The position numbers and the translations under genes were made by a program. From Mobula hypostoma (taxonomy: Eukaryota), in the NCBI RefSeq assembly GCF_963921235.1, contig NC_086097.1:146880001-146944000 (forward strand): a stretch of 64,000 nt of DNA, read 5' to 3'. The notes beneath the pieces are model-generated. The model ran no database searches, was not told the DNA's origin, and saw only the letters and a list, made by a program, of their open reading frames with translations. Of the stretch, positions 39,049-52,649 are shown in pieces. Within the stretch, counting starts at the first letter, position 1. Every line of letters starts with the position of its first letter.

Positions 39049-39590
39049 CACTCAGCGGCCACTTTAATAAGTACAGCTGCTCATTAATGCAAATATCTAA
39101 CGGACCAATCATGTGGCAGCATACAACAAACAAAGGCATGTAAACATGGTCAAGTTGTTGCTCAGACCAAATATCAGAATGGGAAAAAAATGTGATCAAG
39201 CGATTTTGATTGTAGAATGGTTGTTGGTGCCAAATGGAGTGTTTTGAGTATCTCAGAAACTGCTGATCTCCCAGGATATTCATGCACAACCTTCTCTAGA
39301 TTTTATGGGGAAGGGTGCGAAAAACAAAGAGAAACATCAAGTGAGTGGCAGTTCTCAGGATGGAAATTCCTTGTTAATGTGAGATCAGAGGAGAACAGTC
39401 AAATTGGTTCAAGCTGACAGGAAGGTAGTCGTAACTCAAACATAACCACGTATCGCAACAGTGGTGTGCAGAAAAACATCTCTGAATGCAAAATACATTG
39501 AACCTTGAAGTGGATGGGTTACAGCAGCAGAGGACCACAAGAACATACAAAAATATACTCAGTGCCCACTTTATTCGGTACAGAAGGTAC
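39049..39590 (+). mobile_element. Second copy of the same Tc1-type element, right TIR truncated
   Basis: Colinear with 31157-31600; begins TA|cactcagcggccactttaataag. Confidence 0.78.
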
Positions 39591-40204
39591 AGCACAGAAA
39601 CAGACCATTTGGCCCATCATGTCCATGCTAGCCACTATAATTCTGTGCTCTAATTTCTGACAAGCATTTCTGACTACACCTCCACTGTTGATGTGACAGT
39701 TTATAAAATTCTATTGTATGCTGCTACCATTGTATCATTGTTTAAATGATGATTCTTGCAGCACTTCCAGCTGTTCCATGTTAAGCAGTCCATGCTTGCG
39801 AGTAATAAGACCTAAGCAACATTTGGCCGTAACAGAAAGGTGCCAAGTAACAATTTTCTAACCTTAATACACTCAGGCTTTGTTATATGATATTCCTGGA
39901 TCTACACACTTGTAAGGTCAGCTCCAGGCCTCATTTTGATTTTTTCAAACAAGTTTATTTAAATATGTGTCTGTCAAATATGATGCTGACGTGTTCAGCT
40001 CGTTGTTTATCAAGTGCCTTCCTGCTGTGCAATAGCTAATAAACAGTGGTCTTTAGTTACATTTCCGCACTTGAGATTTAAAAAACTATCACTGCATGTA
40101 AATTACAATACATTCAATGGAAGTAGATTGTCAGAAATATCATACCCTTTTAGGGATTTAAACATTTTGATGTGTTTATCAATGTATATTAATGTGTGTC
40201 AATA

Positions 40205-40520
40205 TTAACAAGATCACAAGACAAAGGAGCAGAAGTAGGCCATTCAGCCCATCGAGTCTGCTCTGCCATTCCACCATGAGCTAAACTATCCTCCCATCTA
40301 GTTCCAATTTCTGGCTTTTTCCCCATATCCCTTGATACCCTGACTAATCAGATACCTATCAATCTCCTCCTTAAACACCCTCAATGATCGGGCCTCCACA
40401 GCTGTATGTGGCAACAAATTCGATAAATCCACGACCCTCTGGCTAAAAAAATTTCTCCCCATCTCTGTTTTAAATGGGTACCCTCTAATTTTAAGACTGT
40501 AGCTTCTTGTCCTGGACTCA
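40205..40520 (-). mobile_element. CR1 LINE 3' end
   Basis: Tail and terminal hairpin region homologous to 2785-3090 and 7439-7750. Confidence 0.8.
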
Positions 40521-41264
40521 GGACAATATTCTTAGAACATTATAGGGCATATGTTTATTTGGGGGGATGGAAGGGTTTATTGGCTATTAAGCAATGAACT
40601 ATAGCGATATCCATGTTCTTTACTCTCTATGAAAAGTTCATGCCTCATTCTCTTGCTGGTAATGGGCACTTGTGTATTCAATAACATTGCTACAATACTG
40701 GCCAGTGACCCAACTCCCCACACTCCAAAGTGATCTACAAGGATAAAGCAAGGTAAAATAATGTCTTTTTGCCTTGACATGGCTCAATGAAATGTGACAC
40801 TATTCCAAGCAAACCAGACCATATGATTGGCACCTGAAACACCACCCTCAACACTGCAGCAGAATAGATTGGCTACAATGTATATCAGCTACAAAATGCA
40901 CTGCAGTTGCATCTTGGGCTACTCTCACTCCTGTGACCTGTAAGATCAAGAAATGCAACAACAGGTACATGGGAAGATCATGACCTCTCAGGTTTCCAAG
41001 CTATAAAACACTTGACGTGTAGTTTTTTATTGATTTGATTGTGTTTCTTGGTATTTATTGTGAATCTCCACAAGAAAATGAATCTCAGGGTAGTATATGG
41101 TGACATATTTGCACTTTGATAATAAACTTAGTTTGAACTTTGACTTGGAAGGTCACTGATGTTTATTGATAATTGCAGCATTTAAGTCCTGGAGCTTACA
41201 GTGAAACATAATTGTAGAGAGTCTTTTCACCTAAAGGCTGCAGAAGTTTGAGGTGTTGGATTTG

Positions 41265-41700
41265 GAAATGGCAATGGCTTGCCCACAGAAGGGTGGTAGT
41301 GGGTGGAGCATATTCCGCCCAGAGATTGGTTATGAGTGGTGTTTCGCAGGGATCTGTTCTGGGATCCCTGCTGTTTGTGGTTTTCCTAAATGACTTGGAT
41401 GAGAAAGTGTAAGGGTGGGTTAGTAAGTTTGTGGAATACATACAGGTTGTTGTGGATAGTGTAGGAGGTTGTCAATAGGTTAAAATGGGACATGGACAGG
41501 ACGCAGAGCTGGACTGAGAAGTGGCAGATGGAGTTCAATCTGGAAAAATGGGAAGTGGTAAACTGTGGAACTTCAAACCTGAAGGCAGAATACATGGTTA
41601 ATCACAGGGTTTTTAGAGGTGTGTAGAAACAAAAGAATCTTGGAGTCCAAGCCCATAGTTCCTCAAAATTGCCATAGAAATTGATAGAGTGGTTAAGAAG
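41265..41700 (+). mobile_element. Degenerate CR1 RT fragment
   Basis: agtggtgtttcgcagggatctgttctgggatccctgctg (SGVSQGSVLGSLL) and tggcagatggagttcaat (WQMEFN). Confidence 0.8.
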
Positions 41701-44700
41701 GTCATGCAGGCTTGTAGATTAGTTGGCCACAGCAAATTGCTCCTATTGTGTAGGTGAGTGTTTCATTCTGGGGGAGCAGGGAGTGATGGGAAAGTTAATT
41801 AAATAAAAATAGCCATGGTATAGAATTAGAATAAACAAGTACTGGTGGTTTGCATGGACATGGTGAACACTTTCTGTGCTGCATTGCTCTATGAGATACA
41901 ATCCTAAAAGTACTCCAAGCTTATGACAAAGTTTTTTAAAATCTTTATGCTTCAGGGTCTTCCTTGACTACAGTTGGGACAAGTTCTAACATATCCTTGG
42001 GTTGATTCGAATCCGAAGCAAGTTATTAAAAAATCTCTATAATGTCTGTCAGAGGAAATCATTTTCATGTTGAGACTAATTCTATCGCCCTTTGTGATGG
42101 GCTGTGAAGTACTACTTCTGCTTCAGCTGTCCCTTGGGGTGAGGATCATGTGCTTCTGCTCCAGTTCTGTGGTTTCCCTTGAAGTGACTAATGGGGCAAA
42201 CATGGAATGTTTCCAGACACTGCCAGGATGGAGCAAGAGGTACTGGATAGGGTGGATGGATAAGTAGTTTTGAAAATGGTGTGCATCTCTTCTTTTCAAT
42301 GATGGACTCCTATTTGCTCCTAAGGGTACATTAAGTACTTAATACCATTCTGAATGTTCCTTCTCCATTTTAAGGGGTCATTGAACAGAGACTCCCACAA
42401 GCTGGTTGGGAAGTTACACTTTGTTTACTGAGTTTTGGAGAATGGCCTTGAAATGTTTCTTCTGTCCACCCAACAATATTGTGGAGTGATTGTTTTTAGC
42501 GTCTAGTTTCCAGGGAAACAAACACTGTGACCTGCCTATCAGAGCTGACTGAATGTGTCTGGGGATGTTGGCTGGAGACAGGACACTGGTTCACTTACCT
42601 ACCGGCTCAGTTTGAGAATTTTGTGGAGATCGTGTTCGTGGTATCATCAGGTGCATTGAGGTATCCAACTCTCAAAGATTTAGGAGGCTAGGGTCACTGC
42701 TGTCTGTTGATTCCATGGGTTCTGCTATTACTTCCCATTGATCTTCCGAATACTTCCCTGGATGCAAGGCCAACACCATGTGTATATGTCATATCAACTC
42801 TGGTAATGGCCTTGTTTGCCAATAGTTTCAATTCACACAACACTTAGTAAAAATTAATGCAAAGGTATCTGAATATACAAGAAGATGAAGTAAGAACAGT
42901 AAGAGGCCGCCATTAAATAAGGTCATGGCTAACCTGAAATTAACCTCAACTCCAGATTCCCACCTACCACAAGGACAGTAGAGTTTCACCCACTTACTTA
43001 TGAAGAATCTAACTACATCTGCCTTAAACAAATTCAAAGACTACTTCCAGGAAGGTTTGAAGAAGAAAGTACTATCTTGGAGAAAATGATCAGCTCCATC
43101 TTATTGCTGTCTGAAATGTGAAATTCATTATTACTAAGCAGTGACCCCCTACTGCCAGATTCTCATAAGCAGAAACAACCTCCATTTAAACTGCACAGGT
43201 CTTTAGTCAAGTTGCAACAACTTGTCATTGGACCAACATTATGGTCTCTCAGGCCTGTGAAGTGAAGTGCAATCAACCTTTCATATTGAAATAAATAATG
43301 TATAGATAACATACACTCCTCAAAGTGTTGCATGTTAAGTTCCTTAAGTGCATCTTTCAGCTAATGTTGCCTGATGGATCAATGCTTGGATGTTGACATT
43401 GATGTCTTTAGTGAGGCATGGTGGGCAGATTATGGCCAGCTCAAATAACAATATGATGGGTATACTTTCCTCTGGTAGAGCCAAGTAGGAACCAAATGTC
43501 ATTGTCATGGGATGGGTTTGGTGTCAAGGATGAGCTTGTTAGGCATTTCATCAATTCATCTAGTGGGAGAGGTAAGTGTTCCAGGACCCTCCTAGAGGGT
43601 CACTGCAATGTAGAAATAGCACATATGCTATTCTGGCCTTGAAGAAGCCCTAGCCTCCTTCTGAAAATGAGATAAAGTGAGCATTCTGGCAGATTTCAAT
43701 GTCTAGGTCAGGAAGAATGTGATCCTCTGGAATGGCATGACTAAGGAAAGGCAACTGAAATGATCCTCCTCCTGACAAAGGGTTTGGAGCATGGGTTTGT
43801 CATAACCAACACCCCCTTTTGTTGGAGATTCCACAGCAATATCCACTGTTCAGGCATTAGTATCTGTTAGATTATATCATTGTCTACGCAAGAGCCCTCA
43901 AGAATGTCCACATCACATGCATGCTTGACAGGGACTGATAACTAATGAATTGACCACTTCCTAATCCTCTTTCTCCCATCAATTTGATCTTTAAACAGAG
44001 AGAAATGCTACATTAATGAAACCAATACTGGCGATCTTAAGAAGCATAATAACTGACTCATCTCAAACTGAACTTCAGCCTGACAACCCCCAATCAATAG
44101 AAGCTGCATGATGTTAACAATGACTGGACCCCTCTGAACTCCACCTGAGAAAAAACGCTTGATTTTTTTGCAGAGGAAGGTTAACTTTAAAATTTAGGTC
44201 AAGACCTTTGCAACATTTTTGCAACACTTGATATCTGAAACACCTTTTTGCTCAATGGGTAGTGGAAACCTGAAACTGCTTCCCAAAAAGTTGTTGCCAA
44301 CTTTATAAGTGACTTATTCAAACTGATACTGACAGGTATTTTTATTAATCACATTCAAGTTATAGAGTTATGTTACTAAAGGGAGTTGCTTTGCAGATTA
44401 GTATGATCTGATGGAATGATAGAACACACATGGAGGATCGAATAGTCGCTTCCCATATTATGAACTGGTTTGTACTCTGGAAGGAGAAATGAGTTTGAGT
44501 GGACCTGAGGGGGTTCACACAGGCATAAATAACATTGTGTCGGGAAATTGGCTCTAAGCAGCCACCATCTACATTTGGTGGGATTAGGTTCGACTCTCTA
44601 CACAACTCCCTTGGGAGAGGTGGGCTGTCAATTTCCATTTGCCCACTCAGTTAGAGCAAATTTAATGCATTGTTACAACGATGTTGGATTCACTGAATTC

Positions 44701-44881
44701 CCAGGCTTCCTGAGACATGGTGAAATCAAAGTGACTGTATCCACGGTGACAACTGAAGAAGTTGAAAAATATCTGTGGCAGAGTTTTGTAGTAAATGCCC
44801 CTTACCAAAGGATGCAAAGGTTAGGGAGATCATTTTCCGCTCACTGCCCTATCCCCCCCACCCCCACAAAACACCCACCTT

Positions 44882-45445
44882 CAGACATCCCACCCTGCAA
44901 AAACTCATTTCAGGGAGGTAGCACCATCAATCTGCAAGAGACTCCTGGAACTCCCGGGAGAGGTGGGATGTCTGCAATAGAGTAGCTCCTTAGCAGCTAG
45001 CCAGCTAGTTTAAATAACGTTAGCTATGCTAATGAAGGAATGACACCTGTTAAACTCACCTCAATATGTCTTTTACAGTCCTAACCCACCATAGGCAATA
45101 GAAAAGTCATTGTTGCAAACAGTTCAGCGAGCAACACTGTCATTATTTTTGACCTCTGTTAGGCAGGGTTACACTTTAGGGTGGTCTGGGGTGACGTACA
45201 TTTTATATTTTCTTTTTTTGGAACATTCTGCCATGGCATGCGCGTGCGCTCTCTCTCTCTCTTTCCCTCATGGTCGCTGTCTCGCTCGCTCTCTGTCTCT
45301 CGCGTGATCTCATGCTTTCTCTCTCTTGCTCACTCACTCTCAGAAAAACTGATTTCCGGGACATTGTATATAATTTGCGGGCATCAGGGAGCCACTGTTA
45401 ATATGTTGGAGACTCCCAGAACTTCCGGGAGAGGTAGAATGTCTG
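44882..45445. mobile_element. Non-autonomous DNA transposon (MITE) with a duplicated right end
   Basis: Left end cagacatcccacc. The right-end block gagactcc..gaact.ccgggagaggt.g.atgtctg occurs at about 44938-44974 and again at about 45410-45445. cacctt is present on both outer flanks. Confidence 0.65.
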
Positions 45446-46204
45446 CACCTTGAAAGTAAGTATTTGTGCAGATTATTTTGACATATTTAAAATGCAAGTT
45501 TAATATACATCTCAAAGGAGGTCAAGTGTAACTTCCAGGCCATGCCCCATTCTATACTCACAGCTTCTTAGCAGCTTTCCAAAAAGTTCGTGTTTACTGT
45601 TTTAATTGGATCATACTTTATAAGTTATTTTCTTCCCCTATGGGGCTAATTAATCAAATTTGGAGGCAGGCCAATAATGCTGCCTTAGATTAAACTCAAA
45701 TCATGAGCAACATAACTAACTGGACAACCAAGACAATAGCGTTCTATAGCCTTACTGCCAGCAAAGAAACAATCGGTTAGGACATCAGAAAGGCAATAGC
45801 AAAGCAGCTGATAGAAAGCCCCTCCAATGCAATGAAATTCACTGGTGAGTTTCAGGAAATGTCCTTAACAATTTGAAAACTAAGCCTATACAGCAGGATT
45901 TAACAGCCTGCAAGTAGAGAAGTTGCTACCAGTTGGTCCTGGTGGCCATATATTACCAGTGGCTGTGACAGTCACAAAACTCCTTAACATTTTTTTTTGG
46001 TTTTCAATCTTTCAAGTGCTTTGTCCCACAGGCACATGCAAGATTTTCATGACAGCCGCCTCAAATCAATAAGACAAATCACTAATTGTTTGCTTGCCAA
46101 TTATGTCAAATTTGTCACTGCTAATGACTGTGAGTGAGCAGTCTGTATGCAACATTTGCAGTTTTGCCTGGCTTCTACAGAGCAATCAACAATACATGTA
46201 ATAG

Positions 46205-49200
46205 AAGATAGAACATCACAGCACATTACAGGCCCTTCAGCCCACAATGTTGTGCCAACCTTTTAAGCTACTCCAAGATCAATCTAATCCTCCCCTTCTA
46301 CAAAGCCCTCCATTTATTCTATCGTCCGAGTGACTACCTAAAAGATTCTTAAATGTCTTTAATGCATCTGCCTCTACCACCCACCACACATGGTAGATTA
46401 TTCCACAAACCCACAAACTCTCTGTGTAAAAAAACTTACCACTGACATCCCCCCAATACTTTCTTCCAACCCTCTTAAAATTATGCCCCCTCATATATGC
46501 CACTTTTCCCTGGGAAAAGAGTCTATCTATCCACTCTATTTATGTCTCTTATCATCTTGTACACCTCCATTAAGTCACTTCTCATTCTCCTTTGCTGCAA
46601 AGAGAAAAGACCTAGGTCATTCAACGTATCCTCGTAAGACACGCTTTCTAATAGAAACATAGAGACATAGAAAACCTACATCACAATACAGGCCCTTCAG
46701 CCCACAATGCTGTGCCGAACATGTACTTACTTTAGAAATTACCTAGGATAACCCATAGCTCTCTATTTTTCTAAGCTCCATGTACCTATCAAGGAATCTC
46801 TTAAAAGACCTTATTGTATCTGCCTCCACCACCGTCACTGGCAGCCCATTCCATGCACTCACAACTCTCTGTGTAAAAAACTTACCCCTGACACCTCCTC
46901 TGCACCTGCTTCCAAGCACCTTAAAACTGTGCCCTCTCGTGCTAGCCATTTCAACCCTGGGAAAAAAGCTTCTGACTATCCACATGATTAATGCCTCCCA
47001 TCATCTTGTACATCTCTATCAGGTCACCTCTCATCCTCTGTTGCTCCAAGGAGAAAAGGCCGAGTTCACTCAACCTATTCTCATAAGGCATGCTCCCCAA
47101 TCCAGGCAATATCCTTGTAAATCTCCTCTGCACCCTTTCTATAGTTTCCATATTCTTCCTGTAGTGAGGTGACCAGAACTGAGCACAGTACTCCAAGTGG
47201 GGTCTGACCAGAGTCCTATATAGCTGTAACATTACCTCTTGGCTCTTAAATTCAATCCCACCGATGATGAAGGCCAATGCACTGTATGTCTTCTTAACCA
47301 CAGAGTCAACCTGCGCAGCAGCTTTGAGTGTCCTATGGATTTGGACCCCAAGATCCCTCTGATCCTTCACACTGCCAAGAGTCTTACCATTAATACTATA
47401 TTCTGCTATCATATTTGACCTACCAAAATGAACCACCTCACACTTATCTGGGGTGAACTCCATCTACAACTTCTCACCCCAGTTTTGCATCCAATCGATG
47501 TCCCACTGTAACCTCTGATAGCCCTCCACACTATCCACAACATCTCCAACCTTTGTGTCATCAGCAAATTTACTAACCCATCCCTCCACTTTCTCATCCA
47601 GGTCATTTATAAATTGACGAAGAGAAGGGGTTCCAGAACAGATCCCTGAGGCACACCACTGGTCACTGACCTCCATGCAGAATCTGACCCATCTACAACC
47701 ACTCTTTGCCTTCTGTGGGCAAGCCAATTCTGGATCCACAAAGCAATGTCCCTTTGGATCCCATGCCTCCTTACTTTCTCAATAAGCCTTGCATGGGGTA
47801 CCTTGTCAAATGCTTTGCTGAAATCCAGATACACTACATCTACTGTTCTACCTTTATCAATGTGTTTAATCACATCCTCAAAAAATTCAATCAGGCTTGT
47901 AAGGTACAACCTGCCTTTCACAAAGCCATGCTGACTATTCCTAATTATATTATACCTCTCCAAATGTTCATAAATCCTGCCTCTCAGGATCTTTCCCATC
48001 AACTTACCAACCACTGAAGTAATACCCACTGGTCTATAATTTCCTGGGCTATCTCTACTCCCTTTCTTGAATAAGGGAACAACATCTGCAACCCTCCAAT
48101 CCTCCGGAACCTCTCCCAGCCCCATTGATGATACAAAGATCATTGCCAGAGGCTCAGCAATCTCCTCTCTCACCTCCCACGTTAGCCTGGGGTATGTCTT
48201 ATCTGGTCCCGGTGATATATCCAACTTGATGCTTTCCAAAAACTCCAGCACATCCTCTTTCTTAATGTCTGTATGCTCAAGCTTTTCAGTCCACTGTAAG
48301 TCATCCCTACAATCACCAAGATCCTTTTCCGTAGAGAATACTGAAGCAAAGTATTCATAAAGTACCTCTGCAAGCTCCTCCTTTTCCATATACACTTTTC
48401 CACTGTCATACTTGATTGGTCCTATTCTCTCACATCTTATCCTCTTGCTCTTCACATACTTGTAGAATGCCTTGGGGTTTTCCTTAATCTTGCTTGCCAA
48501 GACCTTCTCATGGCTCTCCTAATTTCATTCTTAAACTCCTTCCTGCTAGCCTTATAATCTTCTAGATCTCTATCATTACCTAATTTTTGAACCTTTCTTA
48601 AGCTTTTCTTTTCTTCTTGACTAAATTTTCAACAGCCTTTGTACACCATGGTTCCTGTACCCTACCATCCTTTCCCTGTCTCATTGGAACGTACCTATGC
48701 AGAATGCCACGCAAATATCCCCTGAACATTTGCCACATTTCTGCCGTACATTTCCCTGAGAATATCTGTTCCCTACTTATGCTTCCAAGTTCCTGCCTGA
48801 TACCTTCATAATTCCCCTTATTCCAATTAAACACTTTCCCAACTTGTCTGTATCTACTCCTCTCCAATGCTATGGTAAAAGAGATAGAATTTTGGTCACT
48901 ATCTCCAAAATGCTCTCCCACTGAGAGACCTGACACCTGACCGGGTACATTTGCCAATACTAGATCAAGTACAGCCTCTCCTCTTGTAGGCTTATCTACA
49001 TATTATGTCATGAAACCTTCCTGAACACACCTAACAAACTCCACCCCATCTAAACCCCTTGCTCTAGGGAGATGCCAATCAATATTTGGGAAATTAAATT
49101 CTCCTACCACAACAACCCTGTTATTATTACACCTTTCCAGAATCTGTCTCCCTATCTGCTCCTTGATGTCCCTGTTACTATTGGGTGGTCTATAAAAAGC

Positions 49201-49640
49201 AGCCAGTAGAGTTATTGACCCCTTCCTGTTCCTAACTTCCACCCACAGAGAGTCAGTAGACAATCCCTCCATGACTTCCTCTTCTGCAGCCCTGACACTA
49301 TCTCTGATCAGCAGTGCCATACCCCCATCTCTTTTGCCTCCCTCCCTGTCCTTTCTGAAACATCTAAAATCTGGCACTCTAAGTAGCCATTCCTGCCCCT
49401 GAGCCATCCATGTCTCCGTAATGGCCACAACATCATAGCTCCAAGTACTGATCCATGTTCTAAGCTCATCTGCTTTGTTCATGATTACCCAGCAGCAACC
49501 TGGTAAATGTCCTCTGTACCCTCTCTAAAGGTTCCACATCCTTCCTCTAATGAGGTAACCAGAACTGAACACAATATTCCAAGAGAGGTCTGACCAGCAT
49601 TTTATGGAACTGCAAAATTACACTGCGGCTCTTAACTCAT
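46205..49640 (-). mobile_element. CR1 3' fragment (46205-46650 plus 49487-49640) interrupted by a 2.8-kb CR1 (about 46651-49486) spanning endonuclease to tail
   Basis: ORF 49003-49482 has APE motifs (YDVVAITETW, FYRPP, VGEFNFPNIDW); ORF 47607-48500 is RT; ORFs 46951 and 46743 are the C-terminus. Confidence 0.92.
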
Positions 49641-50924
49641 CCTCGCAGCCCAGGAAAACTACCTGTACAAAAACTTCAAATACATCAGCCTGCTGCTAGT
49701 GGGAACAGAAACGTTGCTGTTGGTGTGTGCAAGATTTCTAATCACCATGCAGCAGTCGAAGCACTAGAATCCCTTAGGATGGGGTGGCAATAATCTTTTA
49801 AAAAATTCTCGCTTGTCATGGTAATTTGGTGTAGAGATTATTATTGATTGATGAATTAGTATCAATAATTATGGACTTCTTTCAGGAAAAAGGGTGGCTT
49901 ATTTAAGTGTTTTCATTTTTTTTTACTATAAATAAAAGTGTAAGAGAGACTGATTGAAACAAATGTATCATTTTAGAAAACCCATTCAAAATTATTAATA
50001 TTAATCTTTTAAAAAGACAACTGAAAAATATTCATGCAGGTGTTAAACTACATTAAGTATTTACTGTTATTATCACTGTTTATTCACAAAGAACAGAAGA
50101 AATATAGAACCAGAGTGAAGTCATTGCCAACTGGCCCAATCATTTACCACCCAAATACTGATGTATACACCTGGTCTGCAATGATTTCAAAGTATATCAT
50201 GAAATGTCATGTGCTCGTGCAACCATCTATTTGACACCCAGCCAACCGGAGAAGCAGCATCTTTATGATGTCTACCTTTATGCATCTTTTTACTATAGGT
50301 GGAGTTTAAAGAATTGAGGGGTGGCAGTGCATGCCATGAGCCAACAATATCTTTTTCATGTGCTATCTCGGGCATGGCTGTCATAAATTCTTCACCCCTG
50401 CCTTAGGGCTTGGTAGAGCACTTGTAGAGAAGCTAACTTGGGATGGGATCTCCCAGTGTAAAGTTGTTTCATGACATACAACCACAGAAAGCTAATTGTG
50501 CGAGCTCACTCACGTGATGATTAAATGTGTGAATGAACTAGCCAGTGGCATGTTTCAGGTACTCGAGCAGTTCCAGAGGTGCCTTTTGTTATGCACCACT
50601 CAGAATTTCCAGATTGGTGATGAACTGCTCTGCACTACAAATTATTCTGCTACATCAAAACCTGGAGCTGCAGAAGAAATAGAGTAAAGAGCTCAGACTA
50701 TTCTATATAGGAAGGGTGAATAAAAGAAAATAATAAGGGAACAGCTGCTTCGTGACACTGCAGGATTCATGTTTCACCAAATATACAATAGGGACTCTGA
50801 TTTCTGCCCCTCCACACTCCTCCACACTCAAAGCCATAAAGCTGTCCTACAACCAGCCAATGAGCCCTTAACAAAAGCCTCCTTTGGTTCCCATTAATTC
50901 ATTTCATTATAATGCAAAACAAAA

Positions 50925-51330
50925 TATTCAGTTCTTGGCTCCACATTAGAGGAAGGATATGGAAGCTTTAGAAAAGGTGCAGAGGAGATTTGCCTGGATT
51001 AGAGAACATATTTTATAAGGAAAGTTTGACCGAGCTAGGGCCTTTCTCTTTAGAGTGCACGAAGATGAGAGGTGACTTGACAGAGTTGTAGAAGATTTTA
51101 AGATGTATAGTTAGAGTGAACAGCAAGTGTCTTTTCCCTAGTAGGTTTGCCAAGGGAAGATTTTTTTTTACACAGATAAAGGATTTTTAAGAGACTCTTA
51201 GATAGGTACATGGATATAAAAGCATGGAGTGCTATGTGGGAGGGAAGGATTAGATTGATCTTGGAGTAGGTTACATGGTCAGTACAAAATAGTGGGTTGA
51301 ATGGCTTATACTGTGCTGTATTGTTCTATG
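50925..51330 (+). mobile_element. Degenerate CR1 3' end
   Basis: cagttcttggctccacattagaggaaggat (QFW.PHYRKD-like) and a CR1-type tail. Confidence 0.75.
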
Positions 51331-52649
51331 TGATATGTCATGTCAAGATATAAGCCAAGAAAATGTCCAAGAATGTTGAAGTGGTTAAAAAGCGACATGT
51401 TTTGTGAAGTAAATAAAGAACAATGTGACTATATGCAAAGCTACGCAATTCCTTTTTTGGGTAACCATTGTAGATTCAGAAGAGTTAGGCAGGCTGTACA
51501 GATTTTTGCTCCACTAATGAAATTCCTCAACAAAAGTCCTCTGGTTTAGAGCTCATGATATCTATTTCAAAGGCTGCTCCACTTGTACATGTTGTCAGAA
51601 CAGTCCTGGTTGTTGGGAGACAAGCCATTAAGTGGGAATGTGGACAAAAGTAGGTTATTATTGAGAAGAGGAAACTCTTTGAGTAGAGATTCCATTCCAT
51701 AACCACTTTCAGTAATATCTCCTAGGTCTAGGTATGCTTCACCACTGGACTCTGCATGGAGTTGTAACATTGGTCAGAAGAGATAACAGGAAAAATTTGT
51801 GGAGAATGGGATTACCCTGTGAGTTGACACAGACTAAAAAGGCAAAGATACAAAACCGGTCACCCTGCTCTCTGCAAAGCATTGTCTCATTGAATCCAAT
51901 GGCATTGCACTTTCAGAAAACCCGAATCCTTTGAGTAATCATTGTCAATAATCTCCAACTAATTAATGCTTCATTCATATGACCTTGACAGATATAGCAG
52001 ATATAAATTTATTCTGGCATAGTAGAAATACGTTGACCTTATCACAATGAAGATAATCATACTTAGCTGATAATTAGGAAAGTATTATTGGCTTTTATTG
52101 CAAGAAGATCTGAATAGAAGAGTAGAAAAATCTAAAATGGCTTGATCCAAGTATCCAAGAGTTAATAAAACCACACTGGGGATCATATACAGGTCTAGCC
52201 TCTGATCTGGTTAACCTACTTAAGGAAAACATACATTAAGCAAGGGAGCGCAACAGCTATTTATTTTTGAGATACCAGGTTTGGCAGATGGTTGAGCATA
52301 CACGCACTTAATTCTTATATATAATTCAAGTCTGGCCTCCTTGCTGAGATTAAAAACTCAATGTTTTATTTTTTCACCAATCTGAATCATCATAATGAAA
52401 ATTCTATTCCTAATAGGTAATGAGATCTAAAATTGCATGGCTATCATTAATCCTGCCTTTCAGTGATGCTACATGTTCTGATCTGCGCACTGGTTTTGGT
52501 AAGAATGAAGATTTATCATGAAATTTAACTTGCTGAAATACTGACACAGGATGCTAAATGCTAGAATCTGAAGTAAATAAAAAAGAGCTGCTGGAGGAAC
52601 TTGATGGGTCAAGCAGCATGTTTAGTGGGAAAGAGACAGTTGACATTTC

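Noticed and set aside
44360..44985. Overlapping ORFs on both strands (92 and 145 aa)
   Set aside because: No recognisable motifs or splice support, and the + ORF runs into a MITE.
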